From an uncultured Bacilli bacterium (GTDB lineage: Bacteria > Bacillota_I > Bacilli_A > RF39 > UBA660): a DNA stretch of 64,000 nt. The notes under the pieces were generated by a model that saw only the letters and a list, made by a program, of their open reading frames with translations, searched no databases and had not been told where the DNA came from. This document shows, piece by piece, positions 7,994 through 17,959 of this stretch. The first letter of the stretch is position 1. The number at the start of each line of letters is the position of its first letter. A program made the position numbers and the translations under genes. Location of the stretch: positions 1,254 to 65,253 of the forward strand of contig CANRPE010000002.1 of the NCBI GenBank assembly GCA_947632405.1, in the 5' to 3' direction.

Positions 7994-9736
7994 TTATCTT
8001 ACTTTAATGTGTGCTTCACGTAATTGTAATTCACTTATTTCATTTGGTGCTTGCATTAATTGATCTGCACCATTTGCATTCATTGGAAAAGCAACTGTTT
8101 CACGGATACTTTCTTGATCTAATAATAACATTAACATACGATCAATTCCTGGTGCCATTCCAGCATGTGGTGGTGCACCATATTTAAATGCTTCATATAA
8201 AGCTTTAAATCTTAATTCAATTTCACTTTCATCATAACCTGCTATTTCAAAAGCTTTCTTCATAATTTCAGTATCATGATTTCGAACAGCTCCACTAGCC
8301 ATTTCAATTCCATTACATACAAAATCAAATTGATAAGCAATAATATCCTCTGGTTTTTTATTTACTAAATCATTCATTCCACCTTGAGGCATACTAAATG
8401 GATTATGAGTAAAAATATACTTATCTTCTTCTTCACTCCATTCATACATTGGAAAATCTTTAACTATACAAAATTTATATTCATTTTTATCAATAAGTTC
8501 TAGTTTTCTTCCTAATTCATCACGAATTTGACTTGCATATTTATAAGCATTTTTTCGATCTGCTATAAAGAAAATGACACAACCTGGTTTCAAATTACAT
8601 TTATTAATTAAAGCTGTTCTTTCCTCATCAGATAGAAATTTATCAATAGGTCCTGCAAAAGACATATCATCATTTACTTTAAAATAACCAATTCCAGGCA
8701 TTCCAATACTAGAAGCAAAATCAACTAATTCATTAAACCATGAATTTGATTTAGAAGCAATATTTTCAACAACAATTCCCTTTACAGCAACTCCTCTAAA
8801 TGGTCTAAAAGTTGTTTCTTCAAATTCTTCTGTTAAATCTACAAGTTCTAAAGGATTTCTTAAATCTGGTTTATCAGTACCATATTTTTCCATGGATTCT
8901 TTATAAGATAAACGTATAAATTTATTATCATCTAATTTTCCTTTTCCAAAATTTTGAAAAATATTGCGATATATTTTTTCTCCAATTTCTAATACATCTT
9001 CTTCTTCAGCAAAGGCCATTTCAAAATCTAATTGATAAAATTCTCCATATAGTCTATCACTTCTAGCGTCTTCATCACGAAAACAAGGAGCAATTTGAAA
9101 ATATTTGTCAAATCCAGAACACATTAATAATTGTTTAAATTGTTGTGGTGCTTGAGGAAGGGCATAAAACTTGCCATGATATTTACGACTTGGTACAACA
9201 AAATCTCTTGCGCCTTCTGGAGAAGAAGCAGTTAGAATTGGAGTTTGAAGTTCTAAAAATCCTTCTTCTTTCATTAATTGTCTAATAAAATCAAAAACTT
9301 TACTTCTAAAAATAATATTTTCTTTTACTTTTGGATTTCTTAAATCTAAATAACGATATTTTAATCTTACATCTTCAGAAACTTCATGAGATGTCATAAC
9401 TTCAAAAGGTAAAACATTTTTACTTTTACCTAATACTTCTAAAGTTTCTACTAATAACTCAATTGTTCCTGTTTTAATATGATCGTTATAGTCATCTTCA
9501 TTTCTTTTACGAATACTTCCTGAAATTGTAATACTAGATTCACGAGTAATACCATCAAATATAGAGTCATCATTACTTACAACTTGAATTACGCCCGTAA
9601 TATCTCTAATATCTACAAAAATAACTCCTCCATGATCTCGTATATTTTCGACCCAACCAGCAATACGAACTTTCTTACCAATTTCATTTTCAGAAAGTTC
9701 TCCACACATATTAGTTCTATATTTATTTTGTTTCAT
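7994..9736 (-). CDS. aspS: Aspartate--tRNA ligase, probably non-discriminating given the operon context
   Basis: Full-length bacterial AspRS: an N-terminal OB fold (RIAGWVENIRDHGGVIFVDIRD) and class II motifs (FRDEDARSDR, GIDRMLMLL). It is the last gene of the gatCAB operon and overlaps gatB by 14 nt. Confidence 0.92.
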   Translation of the reverse strand: MKQNKYRTNMCGELSENEIGKKVRIAGWVENIRDHGGVIFVDIRDITGVIQVVSNDDSIFDGITRESSITISGSIRKRNEDDYNDHIKTGTIELLVETLEVLGKSKNVLPFEVMTSHEVSEDVRLKYRYLDLRNPKVKENIIFRSKVFDFIRQLMKEEGFLELQTPILTASSPEGARDFVVPSRKYHGKFYALPQAPQQFKQLLMCSGFDKYFQIAPCFRDEDARSDRLYGEFYQLDFEMAFAEEEDVLEIGEKIYRNIFQNFGKGKLDDNKFIRLSYKESMEKYGTDKPDLRNPLELVDLTEEFEETTFRPFRGVAVKGIVVENIASKSNSWFNELVDFASSIGMPGIGYFKVNDDMSFAGPIDKFLSDEERTALINKCNLKPGCVIFFIADRKNAYKYASQIRDELGRKLELIDKNEYKFCIVKDFPMYEWSEEEDKYIFTHNPFSMPQGGMNDLVNKKPEDIIAYQFDFVCNGIEMASGAVRNHDTEIMKKAFEIAGYDESEIELRFKALYEAFKYGAPPHAGMAPGIDRMLMLLLDQESIRETVAFPMNANGADQLMQAPNEISELQLREAHIKVR

Positions 9737-11180
9737 TATTCTTTTTCCTCTTTTCTAATTCTATTTTTATAATCTCTAAAGATTTATTTGGATTTGCTTG
9801 ACGATTTGATTTTTTCATCGTTTGTCCAATAAAGAAATTAATAATAGCCTTATTATCTTCTTCAACATATTGTCTTACTTGTTCTTTATTTTCATCCATT
9901 AAAGTTGTAATTAAGGCTAGAAGTTCAGTTTCATCATTAATTTGATGTAAATTTTCACGCTTAACAATTTCCATTGGATCTGTTTTTTCTTCTATGGCTT
10001 TATAAAGAAGTTTTTTACCATGATCAAGAGACATATCATTTTTATGAACTAAATTGATAACATCACTTAACATTTTGGGAGTAATAAATAAGTCTTTTAA
10101 TTCAATTTCTAATTTCTTAATTGTAGATAAAATAGCTGTAGTTACAAAATTAACACTTAAATCAATATCAGAACCATATGATAAAACTTGTTCAAAATAA
10201 TCTGATGTTTCTTTATTGGCAGATAAAACACCAGCATCATATTCTGATAGTTTATATTTTTCTATATATTTTTGATAGCGAGCTAGTTTAAGTTCTGGTA
10301 TAGTTGCACGAATTGAATCTAAATACTCTTTTGTAAGTGGTACAGGTGGAATATTAGGTTCTACAAAATATTTATAATCTACTGCATCTACTTTTTCACG
10401 CATAGCATAAGTTTTACCATCCTCAGCAATACGACGTGTTTCTTGAATAACTTTTTCATTGTTTTCTAATATTTTAGTTTGACGTTTTATTTCATATTCA
10501 ATCGCATCTTTTACACTAGTAAAAGCATTAATATTTTTCATTTCTACTTTAGTTCCTAAAGTTTTGGAACCTTCTTCCATTAAAGAAATATTAACATCAC
10601 ATCTCATTTGTCCTTTATTACTTCTTGCTTCACTTACACCTAAAAAGATAAATACATCTCTTAAATCTTCTAAAAATCTTACAGCTTCTTCTGCACTTTC
10701 AATGCATGGCTCTGTAACTATTTCCATTAAAGGAATTCCACTTCTATTATAATCGATTAATGAATAAGCACTTCTATGTTCTAATGAAGCTGTATCTTCT
10801 TCTAAGTGTAATTGATGAATATACACTCTTTTAATATCTTTACCTACTAAGATATCTAAATAACCATTTCTTCCCATTGGTTTTGTCATTTGAGTAATTT
10901 GATAACCCTTAGGTAAATCTGGATAAAAGTAATTTTTACGATCAAATAAAACTTCATCAGGAGTAGTACAATTTAGAGCCATAGCAGTCATTAAAGCACG
11001 TCGACAAGCTTCTTTATTAGGAACAGGTAAAATACCAGGAAGTCCTAAATCAACTGTTGCTACATTTTCATTTGGAATATTAGAAAATGTATTAATAGCA
11101 GGAGAAAAATTTTTCGATTTGGTCTCAAGTTCACAATGAACTTCAAGGCCAATTACTACTTTATACTTCATTGCTATCAC
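9723..11180 (-). CDS. gatB: Asp/Glu-tRNA amidotransferase subunit B
   Basis: KVVIGLEVHCELETKSK, YFYPDLPKGYQITQ and DVNISL are GatB signatures. The true start may be the MKYK at 11171. Confidence 0.92.
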   Translation of the reverse strand: MIAMKYKVVIGLEVHCELETKSKNFSPAINTFSNIPNENVATVDLGLPGILPVPNKEACRRALMTAMALNCTTPDEVLFDRKNYFYPDLPKGYQITQMTKPMGRNGYLDILVGKDIKRVYIHQLHLEEDTASLEHRSAYSLIDYNRSGIPLMEIVTEPCIESAEEAVRFLEDLRDVFIFLGVSEARSNKGQMRCDVNISLMEEGSKTLGTKVEMKNINAFTSVKDAIEYEIKRQTKILENNEKVIQETRRIAEDGKTYAMREKVDAVDYKYFVEPNIPPVPLTKEYLDSIRATIPELKLARYQKYIEKYKLSEYDAGVLSANKETSDYFEQVLSYGSDIDLSVNFVTTAILSTIKKLEIELKDLFITPKMLSDVINLVHKNDMSLDHGKKLLYKAIEEKTDPMEIVKRENLHQINDETELLALITTLMDENKEQVRQYVEEDNKAIINFFIGQTMKKSNRQANPNKSLEIIKIELEKRKKNNETK

Positions 11181-12630
11181 CTACTTTACTATAAATATCA
11201 CTTAAACCTGTAACTTTCTCAATATAATTTGCCATATTAAGTACTAAATCATCTTCTTTTACTCGACCAGTTAAATTAATTCCAACAGGCATATTTTCAA
11301 TCATTGTAAATGGTAAGGTAATAGATGGAAAACCACCAAAATTACCAATTACTAAATGATTTTCTAAAATTAAATATTTTTCTGATAGTTTTTCAGAAGA
11401 ATCATCAAACTTTGGAGCAATACTACCACTTGCTGGTAAAATCATTCCATCATAATCTTTAAATAACTCATTTATTTTATCAACAATAAGGCGTCTAATT
11501 CGACAAGCATTTAAGAATAATTTTTCTTGATTTTCTTTTTGAAGGATAAAACTTCCTAAGATAAAACGTCTTTTTATTAACTCTGAAAATCCTAAAGTTC
11601 TATCTTTCATCATAATTTCTTGATAACTTGAACCATCATTTCTAGGACCAAATTGAATACCTGTTAAATTAGCATTATTACTAGTAGCTTCAGCACAACT
11701 TATACTCATATAAGTAGGATATAATGCTTCTAGTAGTTGTTTATCAATAGATACTTCTTCAATAATAAAACCTTGATTTCTTAATTTATCTAACATTTTA
11801 TGAAATTCATCAAGTATTTTTAACATAACTTCATCGTTACTATCTTGATATAGTTTTTTATCACATATTTCTTTTATATAAAATAATTTTTTTCCTTTAA
11901 TATCATTTTCTAAAGAAGAAACATAATTTTTATTATCATCTTTTAGAGTTGTCATATCATTAGGATCAAGGCCTTTAATAATATCAACAACAGCTGCAGC
12001 ATCATGAACATTACGTGTTAGTGTTCCAATATGATCAAGACTTGAAGCAAAGGCAAATAAACCATAACGAGAAATTCTTCCATATGTAGGTTTAAATCCT
12101 ACAACTCCTCCAAAAGAAGCTGGCTTTCTAATAGAATCTCCTGTATCAGAACCAATTGCGAAAGGAACTATTCCTAAAGCTACAGCTGATGCTGAGCCAG
12201 CACTAGATCCACCAATCATTCTATTTTTATCCCAAGGATTTCGAACAATTCCTGTATGTGCTGTTGTTCCTGTTCCACCCATGGCAAGTTCATCTAATAC
12301 TGTTTTACCAACTAATACTGCTCCTGCATTTTTTAATTTTTTATAAACAGTAGCATCATATACAGGAATATAATCTTTTAAAATATTAGAAGAAGAAGTA
12401 GTTAATATATTTGATGTTGAAATATTATCTTTCAAACCATAACAAATTCCTGAAAGAAGTGTTTTATTAGTAGTTTTCATTTTAAATTTATCAATAATTG
12501 TAACAAAAGAATTATATTCATCTTGAAGTTGATGAGCTAATTTATTAGTACTTTCAAATATTTCCTCAGGAGATATTCCTTCATTATCTATTTTATCTCT
12601 TAATTGTGTAATATTTAATCCTCTATACAT
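11161..12630 (-). CDS. gatA: Asp/Glu-tRNA amidotransferase subunit A
   Basis: Carries the amidase signature GGSSAGSASAVA ... GSDTGDSIRKPASF. Length and position between gatC and gatB fit. Confidence 0.92.
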   Translation of the reverse strand: MYRGLNITQLRDKIDNEGISPEEIFESTNKLAHQLQDEYNSFVTIIDKFKMKTTNKTLLSGICYGLKDNISTSNILTTSSSNILKDYIPVYDATVYKKLKNAGAVLVGKTVLDELAMGGTGTTAHTGIVRNPWDKNRMIGGSSAGSASAVALGIVPFAIGSDTGDSIRKPASFGGVVGFKPTYGRISRYGLFAFASSLDHIGTLTRNVHDAAAVVDIIKGLDPNDMTTLKDDNKNYVSSLENDIKGKKLFYIKEICDKKLYQDSNDEVMLKILDEFHKMLDKLRNQGFIIEEVSIDKQLLEALYPTYMSISCAEATSNNANLTGIQFGPRNDGSSYQEIMMKDRTLGFSELIKRRFILGSFILQKENQEKLFLNACRIRRLIVDKINELFKDYDGMILPASGSIAPKFDDSSEKLSEKYLILENHLVIGNFGGFPSITLPFTMIENMPVGINLTGRVKEDDLVLNMANYIEKVTGLSDIYSKVGDSNEV

Positions 12631-12631
12631 T

Positions 12632-12922
12632 TTATTCCACCACCTTTGGAATTTTTACTTGATCATCTACTTGTTGTTTTGTATTTGCTAAAACCTCTCC
12701 TGTTGTTAAATAATCACCTACAATATCTTCTCTTAATTTAGCATCTTCATTAATAAATGGAAAAGTCATTGGTTTTACTTTTTCAATATTAGGAATTTTA
12801 GCAATTAAATCCATTTGTTTTAAAATGATATTAAATTCTTCTTGTAAAGTTTCATATTCTTCTTCTTTCATATCAAACATTAATAGTTTTGCATATTTTC
12901 TTAATTTTTCTTTTTCAATCAT
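12632..12922 (-). CDS. gatC: Asp/Glu-tRNA amidotransferase subunit C
   Basis: 96 aa, placed immediately upstream of gatA (1-nt gap). Has the typical KLAKL..F.EEE..L...F..IL tail and the RBS GGAGGAGG. Confidence 0.85.
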   Translation of the reverse strand: MIEKEKLRKYAKLLMFDMKEEEYETLQEEFNIILKQMDLIAKIPNIEKVKPMTFPFINEDAKLREDIVGDYLTTGEVLANTKQQVDDQVKIPKVVE

Positions 12923-12937
12923 ATTATTTCCTCCTCC

Positions 12938-13196
12938 AAAATAAAAACACTATTTTCTCCACAAAGGGACGAAAAATAGTGTTTCCGCGGTACCACCCAA
13001 TTTATTATAAAGGAATTTCCTTATAATCACTTAATAAATGTATAAATAACGGAATACAAAACCGGCTTAGTCTACTAAGAAATCTTTTCAATAAGCAACT
13101 CCAGAGTGTTCTTTCAACTAGAAATGTACTAGGCTTTCACCAAATCCTAACTCGCTTAAATCATTTTTTAGTTTACTTTTCTCTTTCAAAGTCGAT
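12938..13196 (-). promoter_or_regulatory. T-box riboswitch leader, specifier codon read as AAC (Asn), with terminator/antiterminator
   Basis: All on the minus strand. Stem I elements are AGAGAAAAGTA and the distal loop TTGGTGAAAGCC. The specifier loop is GAAAG-AAC-A closed by CTCT:AGAG. The T-box sequence AATTGGGTGGTACCGCGG sits at 13002-12985. The terminator is AAACACTATTTT...AAAATAGTGTTT followed by TTATTTT. Confidence 0.85.
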
Positions 13197-13202
13197 ACCT
13201 AA

Positions 13203-13231
13203 ATTATATAAATTATTCCTATATTTGTCAA
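13203..13231 (-). promoter_or_regulatory. Consensus sigma-A promoter driving the T-box-gatCAB-aspS operon
   Basis: The minus strand reads TTGACA (13231-13226), a 17-nt spacer, then TATAAT (13208-13203). Confidence 0.65.
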
Positions 13232-13276
13232 TATTTAATTATAGTATAACCCACTTTTTAATATTCTATGTAAAGC

Positions 13277-13804
13277 CTACTTTTTAGCTTTACTTTTCTG
13301 ATTAGCTTTTACTAATATATTTTGTTTTTTACTAGAATTACAAACAAATTCAACTTTACTTATTTCAGTCATAGCTTCATTAAATAAAGGATTTTCTTTT
13401 AATTGAGAAGAACCATAGATATTAACTAAATCTTTAACCATTTTTTGATTTTTATCATAACTTCCTGTATTTAAATATGTAACATATTCATAATATGGAA
13501 ATGAATAATCTTCTTCATGTAGTGCTAAAGATTCAAAAATACATAATTTTGTAAAAAAGACCATTTGACTAATTAGATTTACTTTTTGTTCTAATACAGC
13601 TCCTATTTCTTCTTTAAATCCTAAAGAATCTGCATTATAAATTAAATCTAACATTGATTCTTCATCTGTTGTTAATTCAAAATCTTTTGGTGAAATTACT
13701 TTATTACCACATTTTAAATGATAATCATCTAATCTAATACTTCTACCTGTTAATTCGTGTTCTTCTAATAATGATTTTAATTTTATAAAAATATTAATAT
13801 TCAT
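13277..13804 (-). CDS. Hypothetical cytoplasmic protein
   Basis: 175-aa ORF with the RBS AAAGGGGGG. I recognise no motifs. Confidence 0.45.
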   Translation of the reverse strand: MNINIFIKLKSLLEEHELTGRSIRLDDYHLKCGNKVISPKDFELTTDEESMLDLIYNADSLGFKEEIGAVLEQKVNLISQMVFFTKLCIFESLALHEEDYSFPYYEYVTYLNTGSYDKNQKMVKDLVNIYGSSQLKENPLFNEAMTEISKVEFVCNSSKKQNILVKANQKSKAKK

Positions 13805-13914
13805 GCAATAACCCCCCTTTTTTTATGCAGCAGTATTATATCATATTTTTTGTTTTTATGCAATTTTTTTTTACATATTAAAATATACATGATAAAATAT
13901 TAGTAGGTGATGTT

Positions 13915-14919
13915 ATGAAAAAAACAATTCTTACAGGACTAAGACCAACTGGAAATCTTCACTTAGGGCATTTATTTGGTGCAGGAATAAATTATGTTAA
14001 AATGCAAGAAGATTATGATTTTTTCTTAGAAATTGCTGATGTCCAAGCTTTAACTGATAATTTTGAAAATCCAGAAAAAGTAAGATATAATGTCTATGAA
14101 ATTACTAAAGATTTACTTGCTATTGGAATTGATCCTAAAAAAGTACATATTTTTATTCAATCAAAGATTCCTGAAATTGCTGAACTTACTATCTTTTATT
14201 CAAATTTAGTTACTGTTTCTAGATTATTTAGAAATCCAACTGTAAAAAATGAAGTAAGTCAAAAAAAAGAATTATTTGGAAATGATGGTGAAAGCATTAC
14301 TTATGGATTTTTAGGTTATCCTGTTTCACAAGCAGCTGATATCACGGTTTTTAATGGTGAATATGTACCTGTTGGTGATGATCAATTACCTCTATTAGAA
14401 CAATGTCGCGAAATTGTTCGGAAATTTAATAATATTTATGGCGAAGTATTAACAGAACCTCAACAAGTATTAAGTACTACTTCTCGTTTAAAAGGTTTAG
14501 ATGGCAATGAAAAAATGGGAAAAAGTTTAGGAAATGCTATTTTTTTAGTAGATGATGAAGAAACTATTTCTAAAAAAGTTATGGCTGCTGTAACAGATCC
14601 TCAAAAAATAAAAAAAGATGATAAAGCTAATCCTAATATTTGTATGGTATATTATTATCATAAATTAGTAACTAAAGAAGATCAATTAAAAACAGTATGC
14701 CAAGAATGTAAGAATGGTACTCGTGGTTGTGTTCAATGTAAAAAAGAATTAATTAATAATTTAAATCAATTTTTAAAACCAATTAAAGATAGAAGAAAAC
14801 AATATGAAGAAAATCCTAATTTAGTAAAAGAAATTCTAAATGAAGGTACAAATTATGCAAAAAATATTGCTAAAGAAAATATGCAAAAAATTAAAGAAGC
14901 GATGAAAATAGACTACTAA
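13915..14919 (+). CDS. trpS: Tryptophan--tRNA ligase with a C-terminal Cys cluster
   Basis: Class I motifs are present: TGNLHLGH (HIGH) and KMGKS (KMSKS), plus GDDQLPLLE. There is an additional cluster, C243-x21-C265-x6-C272-x2-C275. Confidence 0.92.
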   Translation: MKKTILTGLRPTGNLHLGHLFGAGINYVKMQEDYDFFLEIADVQALTDNFENPEKVRYNVYEITKDLLAIGIDPKKVHIFIQSKIPEIAELTIFYSNLVTVSRLFRNPTVKNEVSQKKELFGNDGESITYGFLGYPVSQAADITVFNGEYVPVGDDQLPLLEQCREIVRKFNNIYGEVLTEPQQVLSTTSRLKGLDGNEKMGKSLGNAIFLVDDEETISKKVMAAVTDPQKIKKDDKANPNICMVYYYHKLVTKEDQLKTVCQECKNGTRGCVQCKKELINNLNQFLKPIKDRRKQYEENPNLVKEILNEGTNYAKNIAKENMQKIKEAMKIDY

Positions 14920-14929
14920 TAGTCTTTTT

Positions 14930-15595
14930 TTAGTTAGATGTAGTTTTTTTCTTAGAATGAGTTAATTTCAATATCTTAAATAATTCATTATAACAATCAC
15001 GATAATGATTAGAAATATCTTCTACTAAAAATTGATATTTTTCTTCAAATGTCTTAGAAGTAGTAGGATAAATTTCTTCATATAAATAATTTATTTTTTC
15101 ATATTTACTATGTTTCTTTGCTATTTTTAATTCTCTTAATAAATAATTTTTACGATATTCTTCTTCTCGTGTTAAATAACTAATTTTATGTTTTCTTTTT
15201 AATTTTTTATAAGAAATTGTTCTAATTTTAATATCATTACTTACTTCCAATATTTCTTCTTCCTCATCTAAAAGTAAAAAACTTTTAAATAAAGATTTTC
15301 CTTCTGCATTAAATTCAACAGCAATTACTTTATAACCATCTGTAAATAAACAAGCATAATCAATAACTCCTATTTTATCATTATTATAAACTTCTGTTGC
15401 TTGATAAAGTTCATTTAAAAATTCTTTTTCTATTATAATATTATGATTAGTAACAGTATCTAAAAAATGACTATTTACTTTTACCATTGGTATTTTTTTG
15501 ATATGTTCAATTTCATCTTTAGTATTCCATTCAAAAAATTCATATACACGTTCGCTATCTAATAAATTTAATAAAATATCATATACATTTAACAT
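14930..15595 (-). CDS. Hypothetical protein
   Basis: 221-aa ORF, co-directional with and overlapping the preceding small membrane ORF. No motif recognised. Confidence 0.45.
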   Translation of the reverse strand: MLNVYDILLNLLDSERVYEFFEWNTKDEIEHIKKIPMVKVNSHFLDTVTNHNIIIEKEFLNELYQATEVYNNDKIGVIDYACLFTDGYKVIAVEFNAEGKSLFKSFLLLDEEEEILEVSNDIKIRTISYKKLKRKHKISYLTREEEYRKNYLLRELKIAKKHSKYEKINYLYEEIYPTTSKTFEEKYQFLVEDISNHYRDCYNELFKILKLTHSKKKTTSN

Positions 15596-15800
15596 TTTTC
15601 TTCTCCTTTCTTAAAATAACAATTGCCTCAATTAAAAAACCTACAATAAAATACCAACATTCATATCTTGTTACTAAATATGAAAAATATTCTTTAACTG
15701 TATAACCAAAAGTTAATAAATTAGTATATACAATAATATGAGCTAAACCAACTATCATTAAAAAAAAACCTAAAATTAAAAAAAATATTCTTAAAATCAT
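15579..15800 (-). CDS. Small two-helix membrane protein
   Basis: 73 aa with two hydrophobic segments. Its 3' end overlaps the downstream ORF by 17 nt, which suggests coupling. Confidence 0.4.
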   Translation of the reverse strand: MILRIFFLILGFFLMIVGLAHIIVYTNLLTFGYTVKEYFSYLVTRYECWYFIVGFLIEAIVILRKEKKNVKCI

Positions 15801-15878
15801 TTGAACTCCTTATTTATATTTATGAAATATCTAATTATAGTATAACAAATATTTTTTTTAAATATACAAAAAAAATAA

Positions 15879-16958
15879 CTACTTTAATTCGTTATTTTCT
15901 TCTAACTTATTTACTTCTACTTTATTAATTGATTCAAATTTTTTTGTAATTTTATCCGTAGTTATTGATACATTTTCAACATCTTTATTTACAGCTTGAA
16001 TACTACGTGATAGTTTATCCCATCTTTCTTTATATCTTGAAAATTCTAAGCCAAGCTTATTTAATTCTTCATGAATAATAGATGTATATTTATCTCGTTC
16101 AATATTTTTAATAATCATTTCAACTACTGTTAAAGTAGAAATTAAAGTAGTTGGAGATGTAATCCATACATGTTTTTTATATGAATATTCAATAATATCT
16201 TGATGATAAGCATTAATTTCAGCAAAAATAGCTTCAGCAGGTAAAAACATAATAGCTTGATTACTTGTTTCTCCTGGAATAATATATTTACTACTAATAG
16301 CATCTATATGCTTCTTTACATCAATTTTAAATAATTTTTCATATTTAGCTCTTTCTTCATTAGATAAATTTTTATCAACCATTAATTGATAATTTTCTAA
16401 TGGAAATTTAGAATCAATAGCAATTGTTCCTAATGGCTGAGGAGCAAATAAACAACAATCTACTATCGAATTATTACTCATTGTATATTGTAACTTATAT
16501 ATAGCATCATTTCTTTCTCCAAATACATTAACTAAAATATGTTTTAAATTAATCTCTCCAAAAATACCTCTACTCTTTTTATCAGTTAAAATACTTTGTA
16601 AAGAAACAATATCTGTTGATAAATTTTCAATCTTTTTTTGTGCTTCATCAATTTTACTTAACCTTTCAATTACAGAAGTAAATGTTTTATTAGTCTTTTC
16701 AAAATTTTGATCTAATCTTTCATTTACTTTTTCATTAATTAAAATCAATCTTTGTTCAACTTGGTCATTTAATTTTAAAAAATCATCATTCATATTACGT
16801 GTTAAATCAGTTTTAAATTCTCCTAATTCTTTAATCATATTTACTTCAAGTTTTCCAAGACGTTCTGTAATATTACTTTCATTAATATTTTTAAATAGTG
16901 ATATTACAATTAAAATTAAATTTAATACTAATAAACCAATAATAATATAATCTATCAT
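15879..16958 (-). CDS. rmuC: DNA recombination protein RmuC
   Basis: N-terminal TM, a long coiled coil, then the RmuC core IDSKFPLENY ... MFLPAEAIFAEI. Confidence 0.85.
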   Translation of the reverse strand: MIDYIIIGLLVLNLILIVISLFKNINESNITERLGKLEVNMIKELGEFKTDLTRNMNDDFLKLNDQVEQRLILINEKVNERLDQNFEKTNKTFTSVIERLSKIDEAQKKIENLSTDIVSLQSILTDKKSRGIFGEINLKHILVNVFGERNDAIYKLQYTMSNNSIVDCCLFAPQPLGTIAIDSKFPLENYQLMVDKNLSNEERAKYEKLFKIDVKKHIDAISSKYIIPGETSNQAIMFLPAEAIFAEINAYHQDIIEYSYKKHVWITSPTTLISTLTVVEMIIKNIERDKYTSIIHEELNKLGLEFSRYKERWDKLSRSIQAVNKDVENVSITTDKITKKFESINKVEVNKLEENNELK

Positions 16959-16972
16959 ATTTTCACCTACTT

Positions 16973-17542
16973 TTATTCTATTTTTAATTTTTTACTTACT
17001 AATTTAGAAACTAAATAAGCTATTAAAATAAATATTGAAATAATAATAATAGTTTTAATATCAGTAATACTTTCTAATAAACTTTTACCAACACATCCCC
17101 AAAACGTAATAATTGAAATTTTACCTATTAAAATAGCCGCAACAAATTTTTTCTTATTCATATTTACAATTCCACAGGCAATATTAATTAAAAAAGCAGG
17201 TGTGAATGGTAATGATATTAATACTACTAAATTAGAAAAAGTAATATTTTTTATACCTTCTATTACAGTTATTAATTTTCGTTGTTTTAGATGCTTACTA
17301 AAAAAATTTAAAGAGAGAAATCGAAAAAATAAATAAGATAAATAACAACCCATGCAAGTTCCAATCCAAGAAATTAAAATTCCTAGAAAAAGACCATAGG
17401 CTGAAATATTAAAAGTAATAAAAACACCTAAAGGTAAAGCGGGAATAATAGATTCCAATAACACTAAAATAATTCCATAAATAATACCGCCAGATTGTAA
17501 TAAATTTTTAATTAGATTGAGATAATTATTTATATGTTCCAC
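16973..17542 (-). CDS. TVP38/TMEM64 (DedA-related, VTT-domain) membrane protein
   Basis: 189 aa and polytopic, with the size and topology typical of SNARE-associated/VTT-domain proteins. Confidence 0.6.
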   Translation of the reverse strand: MEHINNYLNLIKNLLQSGGIIYGIILVLLESIIPALPLGVFITFNISAYGLFLGILISWIGTCMGCYLSYLFFRFLSLNFFSKHLKQRKLITVIEGIKNITFSNLVVLISLPFTPAFLINIACGIVNMNKKKFVAAILIGKISIITFWGCVGKSLLESITDIKTIIIISIFILIAYLVSKLVSKKLKIE

Positions 17543-17603
17543 TATATCACCCTAAGGTTATTATAATACAAATATATTTTAATTAAAAGAAAAAGATAGT
17601 AAT

Positions 17604-17903
17604 TTATTTTATACTATCTTTATAGCCTTGATATCCATCTAATATATTAACTACATGATAACCTTTTCTATGCAAAAAAGAGCAAAGCCTACGACTATTA
17701 CTTCCTCTTTCACAGAAAATATAATAAGTATCATTATAATTTAAATAATCACTTGGATTTGTAATTAAAAAATTAAGTGGAATATTTTTAGCATTTGCTA
17801 TGGTTCCAGAAGAAGATATGTAAGAATCTCTAATATCAATTAAATTAAGATTTTCTTTTTTCATCATATCAATTAATTCATAGGAATCTATTTCTTGATA
17901 CAC
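17604..17903 (-). CDS. Single-domain rhodanese-like sulfurtransferase
   Basis: 99 aa with LIDIRD and the active-site loop FCERGSNSRR. GTG start preceded by a GAGGTG RBS. Confidence 0.8.
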   Translation of the reverse strand: MYQEIDSYELIDMMKKENLNLIDIRDSYISSSGTIANAKNIPLNFLITNPSDYLNYNDTYYIFCERGSNSRRLCSFLHRKGYHVVNILDGYQGYKDSIK

Positions 17904-17959
17904 ACACTACACCTCAATATAGTATATGAACTATCAAATAATTAAACAATGATACATTC

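Noticed and set aside
7725-8063. 112-aa plus-strand ORF from the track (MKGEMIICICMDTQH...).
   Set aside because: Its composition is low-complexity and odd. It reads through a strong terminator hairpin and into the aspS 3' end on the opposite strand. A much better-supported 54-aa YjcZ-like ORF with an RBS occupies another frame of the same region.
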